Below, in pieces: positions 18,150 to 27,149 of a stretch of 48,604 nucleotides of DNA. A program made the translations under genes and the position numbers. Origin of the DNA: a virus. Taxonomy: Duplodnaviria > Caudoviricetes. Below the pieces are notes generated by a model. It did no database searches. It saw only the letters and a list, made by a program, of their open reading frames with translations, and was not told the origin of the DNA. Each line of letters opens with the position of its first letter. Position 1 is the first letter of the stretch. The stretch is taken from positions 1 through 48,604 of IMG/VR virus record IMGVR_UViG_3300043442_000703; one strand, 5' to 3'.

Positions 18150-20537
18150 CTAAGACGCCTTGAGAGTTGCTACTTCAGCCTGCAGCTCAGCAATCATTAC
18201 CTGCTGTTCTTGTATGGCTTTGACTAAAACCGGAATTAAGTCTTGGCGCACTGACTTGTAAGGCTCCTCTCCCTCCGGGTGGTTTTCGCCTTTTTCCCAT
18301 TCGTCAATCAGATCAGGGAATACCTCTTCGACTTCTTGCGCGATGAATCCCCTGACGCTTTTGCCGGTGTTGCCAAAGCCTTCTTTCCAGTCAAACCTAC
18401 GAGGCTTAAGCGCGAGAATCGCATTGAGTCCTACATCAAGATCTTTGATATTTTCTTTCAGCCGACGATCTGAAATTGCACTGATAGTTGTACTGGTTGC
18501 ATAGATGGTTCCACCAAAGCCGACGTAAAACCTATAAGCAGCTGCACCGGTTGAGTACATTGAGTATCCAATCGAGCTATCTGTTGTGTCGGCTGCGCCG
18601 AGTTGCATCCTGGCCGAACTAAGTATTTTGATTCCTGTACCAGATCCAACATTGGCATCGGTTGCGCCACCGGCCAGTATGTTCCTTTGGTTGTCAATGC
18701 GCATTGCCTCCGTCGGAGAACTCGCCCCATCCGCAGTAGTCGAAAACACTAAACGCCCTGGGCAGTCACCCGAAGCCCATGCTCCTGCTTGATCATTTTC
18801 AGCAGCAATAAATGCGGCACTGCGGAAATTAGTTCCGTCATTGCCAACAAAGTTGATGCCGCCAATTTGATAACCGCCTGGCGTAGCTGTGTTGGTCCCT
18901 AAAGTATTGCTTCCAGAAGATCCGATTGAAAGCCATGGTGCATAACCACTGGCTGTGTAGTTAATAAGAGCAAGGCCATTGTCATAATTATTTGTTGCCG
19001 TGTTTACTTGTGCAAAAGGAGTAGAAGCTGTACTGCCGACATAAATGTTGCTACGCGCTGTAGACGTGCCCACTAAGAGCCTACGACTTGAGTCGATTCG
19101 CGCTGCTTCACTGCCATTTTGATACCAAATGTGATAACCACTGGCTCCCCCAAAATATTCATGAACATTTTGATTGTTTGTTCTGTCATAAGTCAGGAGA
19201 GTGTTGGTTGCAGCACCTGACATGCCGATTGACATGCTGCCGCTTGTATTGACAAAGCGAACGAATCCGTTTGTGGAGGTTGTCGATTGAACCCTGAGTT
19301 CTGTATCTGCGGAGGAAACGTGCAACGCAGTGGCTGGAGTAGTACCAATCCCTAGACTGCCGAAGCTATCAAACCGAGCAATCTCCGTAGCTTTATTGTT
19401 TTTGGTAAATCTAATTACCCCGCCAGTGCCAGGGGCATCAATAACTACTGAACTTCCAATACCGATTTCTTCGCCGCCGCCAATAGAACCATAATAAGAG
19501 TTTGCTACGTCAAACCTAATAGTTGCTCTTGTGCCTACTCCAGCTCCTTGGTTGGAAACCCACAAGGGAAATGTTTCAACACCGTTACTTTGATCGTTGA
19601 TTTCAAGGCGGCCATCAGGCGAACTCGTCCCAATCCCTACGTTGCCTGCGGAGGTGATGCGCAGTTTTTCGGTTTGAGATCCTGCAACGGCGTCCCCTGT
19701 GTAGAAGTAATGGCCACCAACATTTGTAGTTCCTTGGGCAAAGTATCCAATACCACCAGCGCCAGCAGTATTAGAGCCACCGTTCCATCGTGCAATGCCA
19801 ACGTTGAATAACGTGCTACCACCATCTCCAAGAACAATGCTGCCTTGAGATTGCGACGAATTGCTGATTCTTACCTGATCAAGGACTTGCAGTTGCGACT
19901 GAGGGCTCGAAACCCCTATGCCTAAACGCCCTGAGGAGTCAATTACCGCATGTGCGGTAGTGCCAGAATCAGTGCTAAGAAGAATCTTGCCGCCATCGTT
20001 TCGGATGACGGTATCACCTAGAGTACTGTTGGCGATAATATTTCCTGCACTATTTGCTACACCAATCCAGGATTCTGCTGTTATTCCAAGACCAAACCGA
20101 ATAACGCTGGTTTGTCCACCAGCTCCAGCGGTTGCTGTTAAATCTAAAACAGCATTGGGCGAATTCGTCCCTATGCCGACATTTGTTCCTGAAACCGTTA
20201 ATACAGCTGAGCCATTTGCGGCAATACCAACCGTATTAGCTGCACCTGTAAATAGACCAGTATCTAAATCACCAGCAAAAGCAATGGATGGCGCAGCAGC
20301 AGTGCCCGATGCAAATACGCCAGAAGTAATCGTTGCAGTTGTAAATTGTCCTGCAGTACCAGTTACAGTTGCGCCAGATACAGTACCACCTCTGACAACA
20401 CCGCCAGAAATGGTGCCAGTTACTGTGATATTTCCACTAAAGGTCGGGTTCTGAACCAGACCAGAAATCGAGACACTCTTATCAACGCCAGCATCCGTAA
20501 AGGTGACCGTATCAACCTTGATAGTTCCGTATGGCAT
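18150..20537 (-). CDS. Tail fibre with C-terminal intramolecular chaperone (peptidase S74-like)
   Basis: Repeated (R)I.S.G..GIG..SP modules; SDRRLKENI autocleavage site, GFIAQEV, LIPVLVKAIQE. Confidence 0.9.
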   Translation of the reverse strand: MPYGTIKVDTVTFTDAGVDKSVSISGLVQNPTFSGNITVTGTISGGVVRGGTVSGATVTGTAGQFTTATITSGVFASGTAAAPSIAFAGDLDTGLFTGAANTVGIAANGSAVLTVSGTNVGIGTNSPNAVLDLTATAGAGGQTSVIRFGLGITAESWIGVANSAGNIIANSTLGDTVIRNDGGKILLSTDSGTTAHAVIDSSGRLGIGVSSPQSQLQVLDQVRISNSSQSQGSIVLGDGGSTLFNVGIARWNGGSNTAGAGGIGYFAQGTTNVGGHYFYTGDAVAGSQTEKLRITSAGNVGIGTSSPDGRLEINDQSNGVETFPLWVSNQGAGVGTRATIRFDVANSYYGSIGGGEEIGIGSSVVIDAPGTGGVIRFTKNNKATEIARFDSFGSLGIGTTPATALHVSSADTELRVQSTTSTNGFVRFVNTSGSMSIGMSGAATNTLLTYDRTNNQNVHEYFGGASGYHIWYQNGSEAARIDSSRRLLVGTSTARSNIYVGSTASTPFAQVNTATNNYDNGLALINYTASGYAPWLSIGSSGSNTLGTNTATPGGYQIGGINFVGNDGTNFRSAAFIAAENDQAGAWASGDCPGRLVFSTTADGASSPTEAMRIDNQRNILAGGATDANVGSGTGIKILSSARMQLGAADTTDSSIGYSMYSTGAAAYRFYVGFGGTIYATSTTISAISDRRLKENIKDLDVGLNAILALKPRRFDWKEGFGNTGKSVRGFIAQEVEEVFPDLIDEWEKGENHPEGEEPYKSVRQDLIPVLVKAIQEQQVMIAELQAEVATLKAS

Positions 20538-20573
20538 TTGTCTGTAACTTTTTTCTTATTTTAACTGAAGGAA

Positions 20574-21752
20574 TTAAGGCAGGATGATTAACGGACCTTG
20601 GATCACAAATCCGTTCACGCCACCAGAAACAACACCAGAACACACAATGGCAGCAGTCGCACCTGATGGAGTTGTTATTGCAAGAGTGCTGCCTGTGATG
20701 TTAGTAAATCTACCGGTATTGCCGGTGATAGTTGCACCTGAAACTTGACTGGTAAAAACACCACTGCTGAAGTTTGCCGTAGCACCAGTGACAGTAGTAC
20801 CAGAAATTTGAGCCGTGAAAACACCACTATTAAAGTTGGCTGTTCCACCGGTAACAGTTGTACCAGTAACGGTGGTAAAACCTGCCGTGCTGCCAGTAAG
20901 GGTGGTGAATTGTGCAATGTTGCCGGTAACGGTAGCCCCGGAAACACTGGTGGTACCAACAATATTGACACCGGTAATACTTGTGGCCTGAACTGCAGAT
21001 CCGGTAATGATCTGACCGCTGATGTTTCCAGTGACCGTTAGGTTGTTGTTAAGGAATGTCTGACCAGATACAAATAAACCAGACAGGATGGTGAAGTTAC
21101 CACTGATGGCTTGGTCACCAGCAAAGGTTTGGTTAATAGTAATAAGATTGACAAATTCACCAGATAAGAACCTGGCCATCTGACCGGTCACTGTGGCCCC
21201 AGAAACCTGGCTGGTGAATACACCGGAAACACCTGTCAATGTCGTAAAACTAGCTGCATCTCCAGTAACTACAGCACCAGAAACCTGAGACGTGAACGTT
21301 CCGGAAACACCAGTCAAATTGGTTACTTGAACCGTGTTGCCGGTAATCGTTGCGCCAGAGAGTTGACTGGTGAAGACGCCACTAATGCCAGTAAGGGTAC
21401 TGAACTGGCCTGCATTACCAGTAATGACAGCTCCACTGATGGTACCGGTGGTTGTCAGGTTGTTCTGGACGATAACACCACTAAAAGTGGCAAGACCAGA
21501 GCTGGTAATTGTATTGACGCTTGTAGCACCATTAACCGTAAGGTTTCCGGTGACGGTGACGTTACCTACAAACGTCTCACCAGTGATGGTTGCGTAGTAT
21601 TTATCTAAATAATCCCGGAAACCCGAGAACGTAATTTTTTTATTTTTTAAAACGGGGTCAACTTCAAATACGTGAACAAGAGTCAGCAGGTCCTGCTCGT
21701 CAATAGCAAGACCTGCAATCTCAGGAAATTCCGATATCCGTCTGTTGGCCAC
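20574..21752 (-). CDS. Thr/Gly/Ser-rich repetitive tail structural protein
   Basis: About 20-aa repeats FTSQ.SGATVTG; N-terminal ANRRISEFPE anchor-like motif. Confidence 0.75.
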   Translation of the reverse strand: MANRRISEFPEIAGLAIDEQDLLTLVHVFEVDPVLKNKKITFSGFRDYLDKYYATITGETFVGNVTVTGNLTVNGATSVNTITSSGLATFSGVIVQNNLTTTGTISGAVITGNAGQFSTLTGISGVFTSQLSGATITGNTVQVTNLTGVSGTFTSQVSGAVVTGDAASFTTLTGVSGVFTSQVSGATVTGQMARFLSGEFVNLITINQTFAGDQAISGNFTILSGLFVSGQTFLNNNLTVTGNISGQIITGSAVQATSITGVNIVGTTSVSGATVTGNIAQFTTLTGSTAGFTTVTGTTVTGGTANFNSGVFTAQISGTTVTGATANFSSGVFTSQVSGATITGNTGRFTNITGSTLAITTPSGATAAIVCSGVVSGGVNGFVIQGPLIILP

Positions 21753-21806
21753 CTATTAAATCACATAAACCCTATAAAATGAATTATAGTCGCAGTGTGT
21801 TCAACC

Positions 21807-22181
21807 TCACCGGGCTTTAATTTCAATCCTGGGAAGGTTATTGGACACAAAATTCCAGCCAGCTTGGATGCCTGTAACCAAACCACAGGCAATTGCAAAC
21901 ACCACAATTAGCTCGGCAACCGTCAGGTTCCGGCGCACATACACAACTTGAGGTTGGGAAAATGGAACCGCAAACTTGGCTGGAAGCTCTGGCTGACCAA
22001 TGGGATAGTCCGCTGTTTCTTGAGCTGCAGCCTGCTGCTGAAGAATGGTCATCCGAATGGCTTCTTCCCGCGCACGCGCTTTCATCTGCTCTAGAAGTTC
22101 AGGCGTTATCCCGCCAGGGATCGGCTGCTCTTTCAGCTGAGAAAATTGGGGAGGAGTACTGGAAGGAACCTGATCTTCCAT
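21807..22181 (-). CDS. Hypothetical membrane protein
   Basis: ATG at 22181; single C-terminal TM segment. Confidence 0.6.
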   Translation of the reverse strand: MEDQVPSSTPPQFSQLKEQPIPGGITPELLEQMKARAREEAIRMTILQQQAAAQETADYPIGQPELPAKFAVPFSQPQVVYVRRNLTVAELIVVFAIACGLVTGIQAGWNFVSNNLPRIEIKAR

Positions 22182-22235
22182 GGTGATGCAAATTGTTTTC
22201 CCACACACTAGCATCTAAACAAAACGTTTGACACG

Positions 22236-22643
22236 ATGGCAACATTCGGACTCCGAAAGGGTTTAGAAGATATTGCACATGAGCTAAAAGGTGTGCGAAA
22301 CATCTTGGCTTCCATGTGGCACAGCCGGTATCAAACGCAGGAAACAGATCGGATGAATCCCCAGGCGTTTACCGATGAGTACATCTCAACCGAAGAATGC
22401 GCCAAACGCCTTTCGGTATCTGATCAAACCATTAGGAACTGGATTGCCATTGGCAAAAAACAGCCAGAGAAAGGCTGGACTGAAGGTTTGCATTACGTCA
22501 ACGTGGCACCTGACCCCAGCAAGAAAGCAGTGATCAGAATCCCATGGAACTTTTTGGTCATGTCTTTTTCTCGAAACAAAGAAATTGACCTGTCGGATTT
22601 CTACGGGAATAAATACAAGTCCACCCAGGAGAAACTTGAATGA
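22236..22643 (+). CDS. Helix-turn-helix DNA-binding protein (MerR/Xis-like HTH)
   Basis: YISTEECAKRLSVSDQTIRNWI...EGLHY. Confidence 0.75.
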   Translation: MATFGLRKGLEDIAHELKGVRNILASMWHSRYQTQETDRMNPQAFTDEYISTEECAKRLSVSDQTIRNWIAIGKKQPEKGWTEGLHYVNVAPDPSKKAVIRIPWNFLVMSFSRNKEIDLSDFYGNKYKSTQEKLE

Positions 22644-23140
22644 TTCCAAATCGTTTCCAGGGTGTGGACCTGCTTTCCGTCACTGTTGAGAACTGCTCTC
22701 AAGAACTACCTGAGTCCTTGTTTCGGCAGGTGGAAGAGTTCCTTCCTCCTTCTGGCTCATTTGATGACGGATGCCTGCGTCGCTACCTGGAAAACGTACG
22801 AAATTACGAAGAAGAGGACGCTAATTCGGGCATGACCTTGGCCAATCGCCTGCGTCTTGCCTTTGTTGATATGCAACCGGACACAATTTGTGGGAAATTT
22901 CCCCAGGCAGAGCTACCCCTTAAGCGCCGTCTCCGTTGCGTAGCTGAGTACCTGATTCGTTCTGGTGAATTTGACAAACTCCGAGACGAAACCGGTAAGC
23001 TTGTTAAGAAACGCGGCAACCTTGGCAAATTAGTTGTCATCTATAAACCGCTTCCTAAGCTCCTAGAGTCCCTTGTCCGCCAGGGGTTAATCGAACATGA
23101 ACCGTCGCGAGAAGCTGATCCACTCTGCACTGCAGGGTGA
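22640..23140 (+). CDS. Hypothetical protein
   Basis: 166-aa ORF with ATGA coupling. Confidence 0.7.
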   Translation: MIPNRFQGVDLLSVTVENCSQELPESLFRQVEEFLPPSGSFDDGCLRRYLENVRNYEEEDANSGMTLANRLRLAFVDMQPDTICGKFPQAELPLKRRLRCVAEYLIRSGEFDKLRDETGKLVKKRGNLGKLVVIYKPLPKLLESLVRQGLIEHEPSREADPLCTAG

Positions 23141-23480
23141 TGTGAACGAAACCAAAGCCAAGATGCTCAACCAAACGGTTGATTTCATCCTGGGCGATAT
23201 GGGTGAAATGTACTACCGGTTTTGGCAGGCGGAAGGTCCTGGGGTGATGTGCTTCCAGCCTAAACAGGAGCAAGGTGTGGTTTACATGACGCTTGAAGAG
23301 CTAAATAGCGCAAAAGAAGCATTTGAACGGGATAATAACCATGATTTAGTAGAGACCTTCCGACGAATCCTGGAAGCTGCTCAAAAGATTGATCCAGAAG
23401 AAAAGGCTGGCTATCTCATCAATGATGAGGAAGGCATCCGTTATTTGGAAATTGATTACAACAAAATGGTGGACGCATGA
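23097..23480 (+). CDS. Hypothetical protein
   Basis: 127-aa ORF within the operon. Confidence 0.7.
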   Translation: MNRREKLIHSALQGDVNETKAKMLNQTVDFILGDMGEMYYRFWQAEGPGVMCFQPKQEQGVVYMTLEELNSAKEAFERDNNHDLVETFRRILEAAQKIDPEEKAGYLINDEEGIRYLEIDYNKMVDA

Positions 23481-24064
23481 GCATCCGTCGCGTTACCGGT
23501 CGGCGTGAAGATCTAGAACTTATCACGCCTACGGAACTGGTGCAGGCTGCCAACATCGTAATGAGCGGGATCAACTTAGATCCTGCCAGTTCCAAGGTTG
23601 CTCAGGATTTTGTGCAGGCTGATGAATTCTTCAGTCCACAGCAGGATGGGCTCAACATGCAGCAGTGGTTTGGACGGGTGTACCTGTTTCCGCCCAGTGG
23701 CTGCTACTACTTTGATAAACGTCTAGATAAATGGAAGATGACCAGGGCTTCTTCTCCGACCCTGGTGTCATCTCATGCAGTGTGGTTTCGTCAGCTGTAC
23801 CGGAAGTGGCTGGCAGATGAGGTAGAGCAAGCCATCTACTTTACCAACTGTCCTGACATGATCCGTTACGAGCAGAAAATTTTTGATTTCCCAATCTGTT
23901 TCTTGAAGACAGTACCAATGTTGATTAAAAACACCAGTGAAGGGATTGGGCAGCATAAGACCTGCAGCTCATTTGTGGTGTATTTGCAACCAAAAAATAA
24001 TTCCGGTGCGGCCACAATGAAATTCATCGAGACATACGAGCAATTCGGTCGCGTTATTTACTGA
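23477..24064 (+). CDS. Phage N6-adenine methyltransferase-like protein with degenerate catalytic motif
   Basis: TP.ELV, INLDPASS, DGL..QW.GRVYL(FPPS), FPICF; FPPS sits where NPPY is expected. Confidence 0.7.
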   Translation: MSIRRVTGRREDLELITPTELVQAANIVMSGINLDPASSKVAQDFVQADEFFSPQQDGLNMQQWFGRVYLFPPSGCYYFDKRLDKWKMTRASSPTLVSSHAVWFRQLYRKWLADEVEQAIYFTNCPDMIRYEQKIFDFPICFLKTVPMLIKNTSEGIGQHKTCSSFVVYLQPKNNSGAATMKFIETYEQFGRVIY

Positions 24065-24097
24065 ATTCGGTATAGTTAAGGACGATTACTGGGATCT

Positions 24098-24685
24098 ATG
24101 GGAATCCTTTGCGACGCTGAAATCAAGACCTTTGCTCTGGAACAAGGGATGATCGAACCGTTCACCGATCATCTGGTGAATGAAGAAGATGGACGCCGCA
24201 TCTTGAGCTATGGACTTAGTTCGTATGGATACGACATCCGTCTTTCGCCTAAGCAATGCTTGATTTTTGGCCGCATCCAAGAGGGTGTGTCGGATCCCAA
24301 GGATTTCAATCCCAAGATCCTGTCAGATTCTGAACTGCTGGAGGATGAGAAAGGTCAGTATTTCCTGCTGCCTCCCTACGGCTACTGTCTGGCGGTTGCA
24401 GAAGAACGTCTCAAGCTGCCTCAGGATGTGACCGTAATTGCCATGGGCAAGAGCAGTTACGCACGCTCCGGCATCATTGCCAACATCACCCCGGCAGAGG
24501 CTGGCTGGGAGGGCTACCTGACCCTGGAGATCAGTAATGCCACCGGCCAGTTCAACCGCATCTACGCCAACGAGGGTATCATTCAGCTGCTGTTCCTCCG
24601 TGGCACGCCCTGCGAGGTGTCGTACCAGGATCGAAAGGGTAAGTACCAGAACCAGGCTCAAGAAGTCGTTTACTCGAAGGCCTGA
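24098..24685 (+). CDS. dcd: dCTP deaminase
   Basis: SYGLSSYGYDIRL, GKSSYARSG, EAGWEGYLTLE, YANEGI.Q and Y.DRKGKYQ.Q motifs. Confidence 0.93.
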   Translation: MGILCDAEIKTFALEQGMIEPFTDHLVNEEDGRRILSYGLSSYGYDIRLSPKQCLIFGRIQEGVSDPKDFNPKILSDSELLEDEKGQYFLLPPYGYCLAVAEERLKLPQDVTVIAMGKSSYARSGIIANITPAEAGWEGYLTLEISNATGQFNRIYANEGIIQLLFLRGTPCEVSYQDRKGKYQNQAQEVVYSKA

Positions 24686-24687
24686 TC

Positions 24688-24894
24688 ATGGATCGCGACA
24701 ATCTTGAGCAGAGGATGGACATCCTCGAAATCCTGGAGAGACAAGTTGTGTTCCTAGAGAACCAAGAGCTGTCCGATGCTTTGAGCCGCTTCCGTTCTGA
24801 AAACACCCAGTGGATCCTGAACATGATTCAGGACATGCTGGGCCAGATGCAGGATGCCTTGGATGCTGAGGATTTCAGTCAGACCTGGGGCTAA
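24688..24894 (+). CDS. Hypothetical coiled-coil protein
   Basis: 68-aa ORF starting 2 nt after dcd. Confidence 0.6.
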   Translation: MDRDNLEQRMDILEILERQVVFLENQELSDALSRFRSENTQWILNMIQDMLGQMQDALDAEDFSQTWG

Positions 24895-25271
24895 CTGAAA
24901 CCGTAGAAGGTGCCTGACTGGGGCTTCGGTTTTTTAGCGTAACCAACGCTGCCAACCGTCCCGTATTCATCGCCCAGACTGGGCACCTCTACGCCACCAA
25001 TCGTTGCCTCTGAACGGGGCGTTTCACCACGGAGGGTGGGTTCGTCAATCGATGCCTTCTGACGGAACTTATTAGCTGTCTTAGCTGCAGTGATGAAGCG
25101 TTTAACCCTGGCTTGATTGTCGTTAATCGCTTCAATATCAGGACGCTCTTGTTCCGGAATACGACGTAAGTCCGTGTCGTAATTACGTTCCGGATTAAGG
25201 TCCGTTACTTCCGAACCAGAACTACCGGAGTCCTGCCTGGGATCGTAAGTGGGGTCAAAGAATCTTGGCAT
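24891..25271 (-). CDS. Hypothetical protein
   Basis: ATG at 25271 (MPRFFDPTY). Confidence 0.6.
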   Translation of the reverse strand: MPRFFDPTYDPRQDSGSSGSEVTDLNPERNYDTDLRRIPEQERPDIEAINDNQARVKRFITAAKTANKFRQKASIDEPTLRGETPRSEATIGGVEVPSLGDEYGTVGSVGYAKKPKPQSGTFYGFS

Positions 25272-25310
25272 AGTATCATTGTAAGAGGAGTAACTTAAGT
25301 ACTGAATACA

Positions 25311-25655
25311 ATGCACAACGCAGCAGGGTTTTTAGATGCGTTTGTTCAAGACGAAGTGAAGTGCCGCTGTCTTACAGAAGAAGACTTCGGTCAACCACTC
25401 GATAACGAAGAAAATGATGTACCCTTATATGACATGTACAACCGTGGGTTAGCGGCATGTCAAGAAGGGAACGAGAGACAGAACCTGTCGTTAGCGGAGG
25501 GTCGTCGGCCGGGTCTGACGGGTTACATCCCATCGGCGGAGGAGGGAGTGGCAATGGGAGCAACCCCGAAACCAAAGGCCCTGGTGCTGGAGCTGGAGGG
25601 TCCCTCGGAGGAGATGCTAGAGATGTCACGAAAGCGCCGTGGTTTAACCCGGTAG
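25311..25655 (+). CDS. Hypothetical protein
   Basis: 114-aa ORF with a TATCAT box upstream. Confidence 0.6.
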   Translation: MHNAAGFLDAFVQDEVKCRCLTEEDFGQPLDNEENDVPLYDMYNRGLAACQEGNERQNLSLAEGRRPGLTGYIPSAEEGVAMGATPKPKALVLELEGPSEEMLEMSRKRRGLTR

Positions 25656-25984
25656 ATTCAACCGACGATTTCATTAGTGATTGCCCAGGGGGAGTTTGTC
25701 CTGTTCCCTGGGCAAGTAAGGAAAATCCGGTATTTACAATCGAGGCGCCTCCCAAGATTGCGGAGGATACTGTAAACCACCCATCGCATTACACCGATGG
25801 GGGCATTGAATGCATCGAAGCCATTGAGGCGGCTTTAACCATCGAAGAATTCCGTGGTTACTGCAAGGCAAACTGCATGAAATATATTTGGCGTGAGCGC
25901 CATAAAGGCGGGACAGAATCACTGAAGAAGGCACGGTGGTATCTAGATCGCCTTATTGATCTGGATGAAGTTCAGAACGGCTGA
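25457..25984 (+). CDS. DUF3310 (SaV-like) domain protein
   Basis: VNHPSHY..GGIECIEAI...GYC..N..KYIWR...KGG.ESLKKARWYLDRLI. Confidence 0.85.
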   Translation: MSRRERETEPVVSGGSSAGSDGLHPIGGGGSGNGSNPETKGPGAGAGGSLGGDARDVTKAPWFNPVDSTDDFISDCPGGVCPVPWASKENPVFTIEAPPKIAEDTVNHPSHYTDGGIECIEAIEAALTIEEFRGYCKANCMKYIWRERHKGGTESLKKARWYLDRLIDLDEVQNG

Positions 25985-26277
25985 AGCTCATCTTCATCTT
26001 CGTCGCCGTCTTCGTAAAACGCGCAGGCGGCGGCCAGTTCTTCTAGCTCAATGTCGGTTGGAACATCAAAGTCCAGCTGAATGTTTTCATCCGCAAGGAT
26101 TTCTTTGACAGCCTGCCATTCCATCAAGCGTTGATGATAGAGATTCAACAGAGCTGAGTACAGCTCATCCCAGGTCATTTCCCTGGCGACCATCTCAGCT
26201 TTACGCATGGAGAATTGGAGTTCCAGGGGTAACTCAAACTCCCGTGGTTCTACTGATCTCTCCATTGCGTTTTCCAT
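25972..26277 (-). CDS. nblA: NblA-like phycobilisome degradation adaptor with an acidic tail
   Basis: LPLELQFSMR......M...EL...L..LY.Q.L.....KEIL follows the NblA two-helix pattern. Confidence 0.65.
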   Translation of the reverse strand: MENAMERSVEPREFELPLELQFSMRKAEMVAREMTWDELYSALLNLYHQRLMEWQAVKEILADENIQLDFDVPTDIELEELAAACAFYEDGDEDEDELQPF

Positions 26278-26301
26278 GGCTTCGATGAAACTATTTTAAG
26301 G

Positions 26302-26955
26302 CTAGCTGGCAAATACAGATTCAACTTGCTCAAGTTCCCCAAATGCCCAGGGATCTTCGTCAATCGCGAATGAATTGGCAAACTCTGCCAAAACGTAGGG
26401 ATTGATGTTCTCCTCCAGCTGGCGAATGGCCCTCACCTGATGTGGGGCTGCAGTGTAATTACGGAACGCCTTAAGAAGAACTTCTGTCGAGGACCAAGGG
26501 CTATCGTCAATTTCTCGCAGCAACAGCTCAACCTCTTCCCTGCGTCGATCAATGAGTCCACCAATGACCCTGTGGTTCTCATCAAAAATCCAATGGGTCA
26601 TTTCCTCAGCCACACCAGCCCAGTCGTCGTGTTGAATGCAGTCAACGATGGTGCTGTAGAGGAAGGGCTTCCAGCCTACCGAATGGATGAACGAAATCAG
26701 AGCTTGTTCTGCGCATCCGTACAGATGAATATCAATATCAGCCAGGAGGCCCCGAATGGCTTTGACCTCGCAAAACAAATATTCCAGTGCTTTCTCCTTG
26801 GTGCACCATTGCCCCTGCTTAACGGGAGAACCGTCTGGATAAAATTGGGTACCGTATCCAATGGAGTAGGTACCCTCTTCATCTGCGGGAAATGCTTTTT
26901 CGTTGAAGCCTTCGTACTTACGAATTAAAGCAACGGCTTCCCGCAAATCGGACAT
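26302..26955 (-). CDS. GH24 phage lysozyme with C-terminal PHQ module
   Basis: IRKYEG...D...SIGYG, ALISF...G and GLIDRR.EE motifs. Confidence 0.85.
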   Translation of the reverse strand: MSDLREAVALIRKYEGFNEKAFPADEEGTYSIGYGTQFYPDGSPVKQGQWCTKEKALEYLFCEVKAIRGLLADIDIHLYGCAEQALISFIHSVGWKPFLYSTIVDCIQHDDWAGVAEEMTHWIFDENHRVIGGLIDRRREEVELLLREIDDSPWSSTEVLLKAFRNYTAAPHQVRAIRQLEENINPYVLAEFANSFAIDEDPWAFGELEQVESVFAS

Positions 26956-27002
26956 GGGAGTACAACAAGTACTCCCATATTACACATATAAAAATGCGGG
27001 TG

Positions 27003-27128
27003 TTATTTACCTTGGCCGCGCATCTTTTTCCGTCCATGATTAGGCAAACTATTTTGCCCCTGTCCCTGACGAGTTTTCTTGGGCTTGGACTCAAGCTTGA
27101 GGGATGCAGATGACTTGGGCTTGGCCAT
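27003..27128 (-). CDS. Small basic protein (41 aa, not in the ORF track)
   Basis: Read manually: MAKPKSS...KPKKTRQGQG...KKMRGQGK*, a motif I recall from phage small basic proteins. Confidence 0.65.
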   Translation of the reverse strand: MAKPKSSASLKLESKPKKTRQGQGQNSLPNHGRKKMRGQGK

Positions 27129-27149
27129 GACAAAACTGAGTTGGCGCTA

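Noticed and set aside
18150-21752. Diversity-generating retroelement acting on the tail fibres
   Set aside because: No reverse transcriptase and no adenine-mismatched TR/VR pair was noticed in this window
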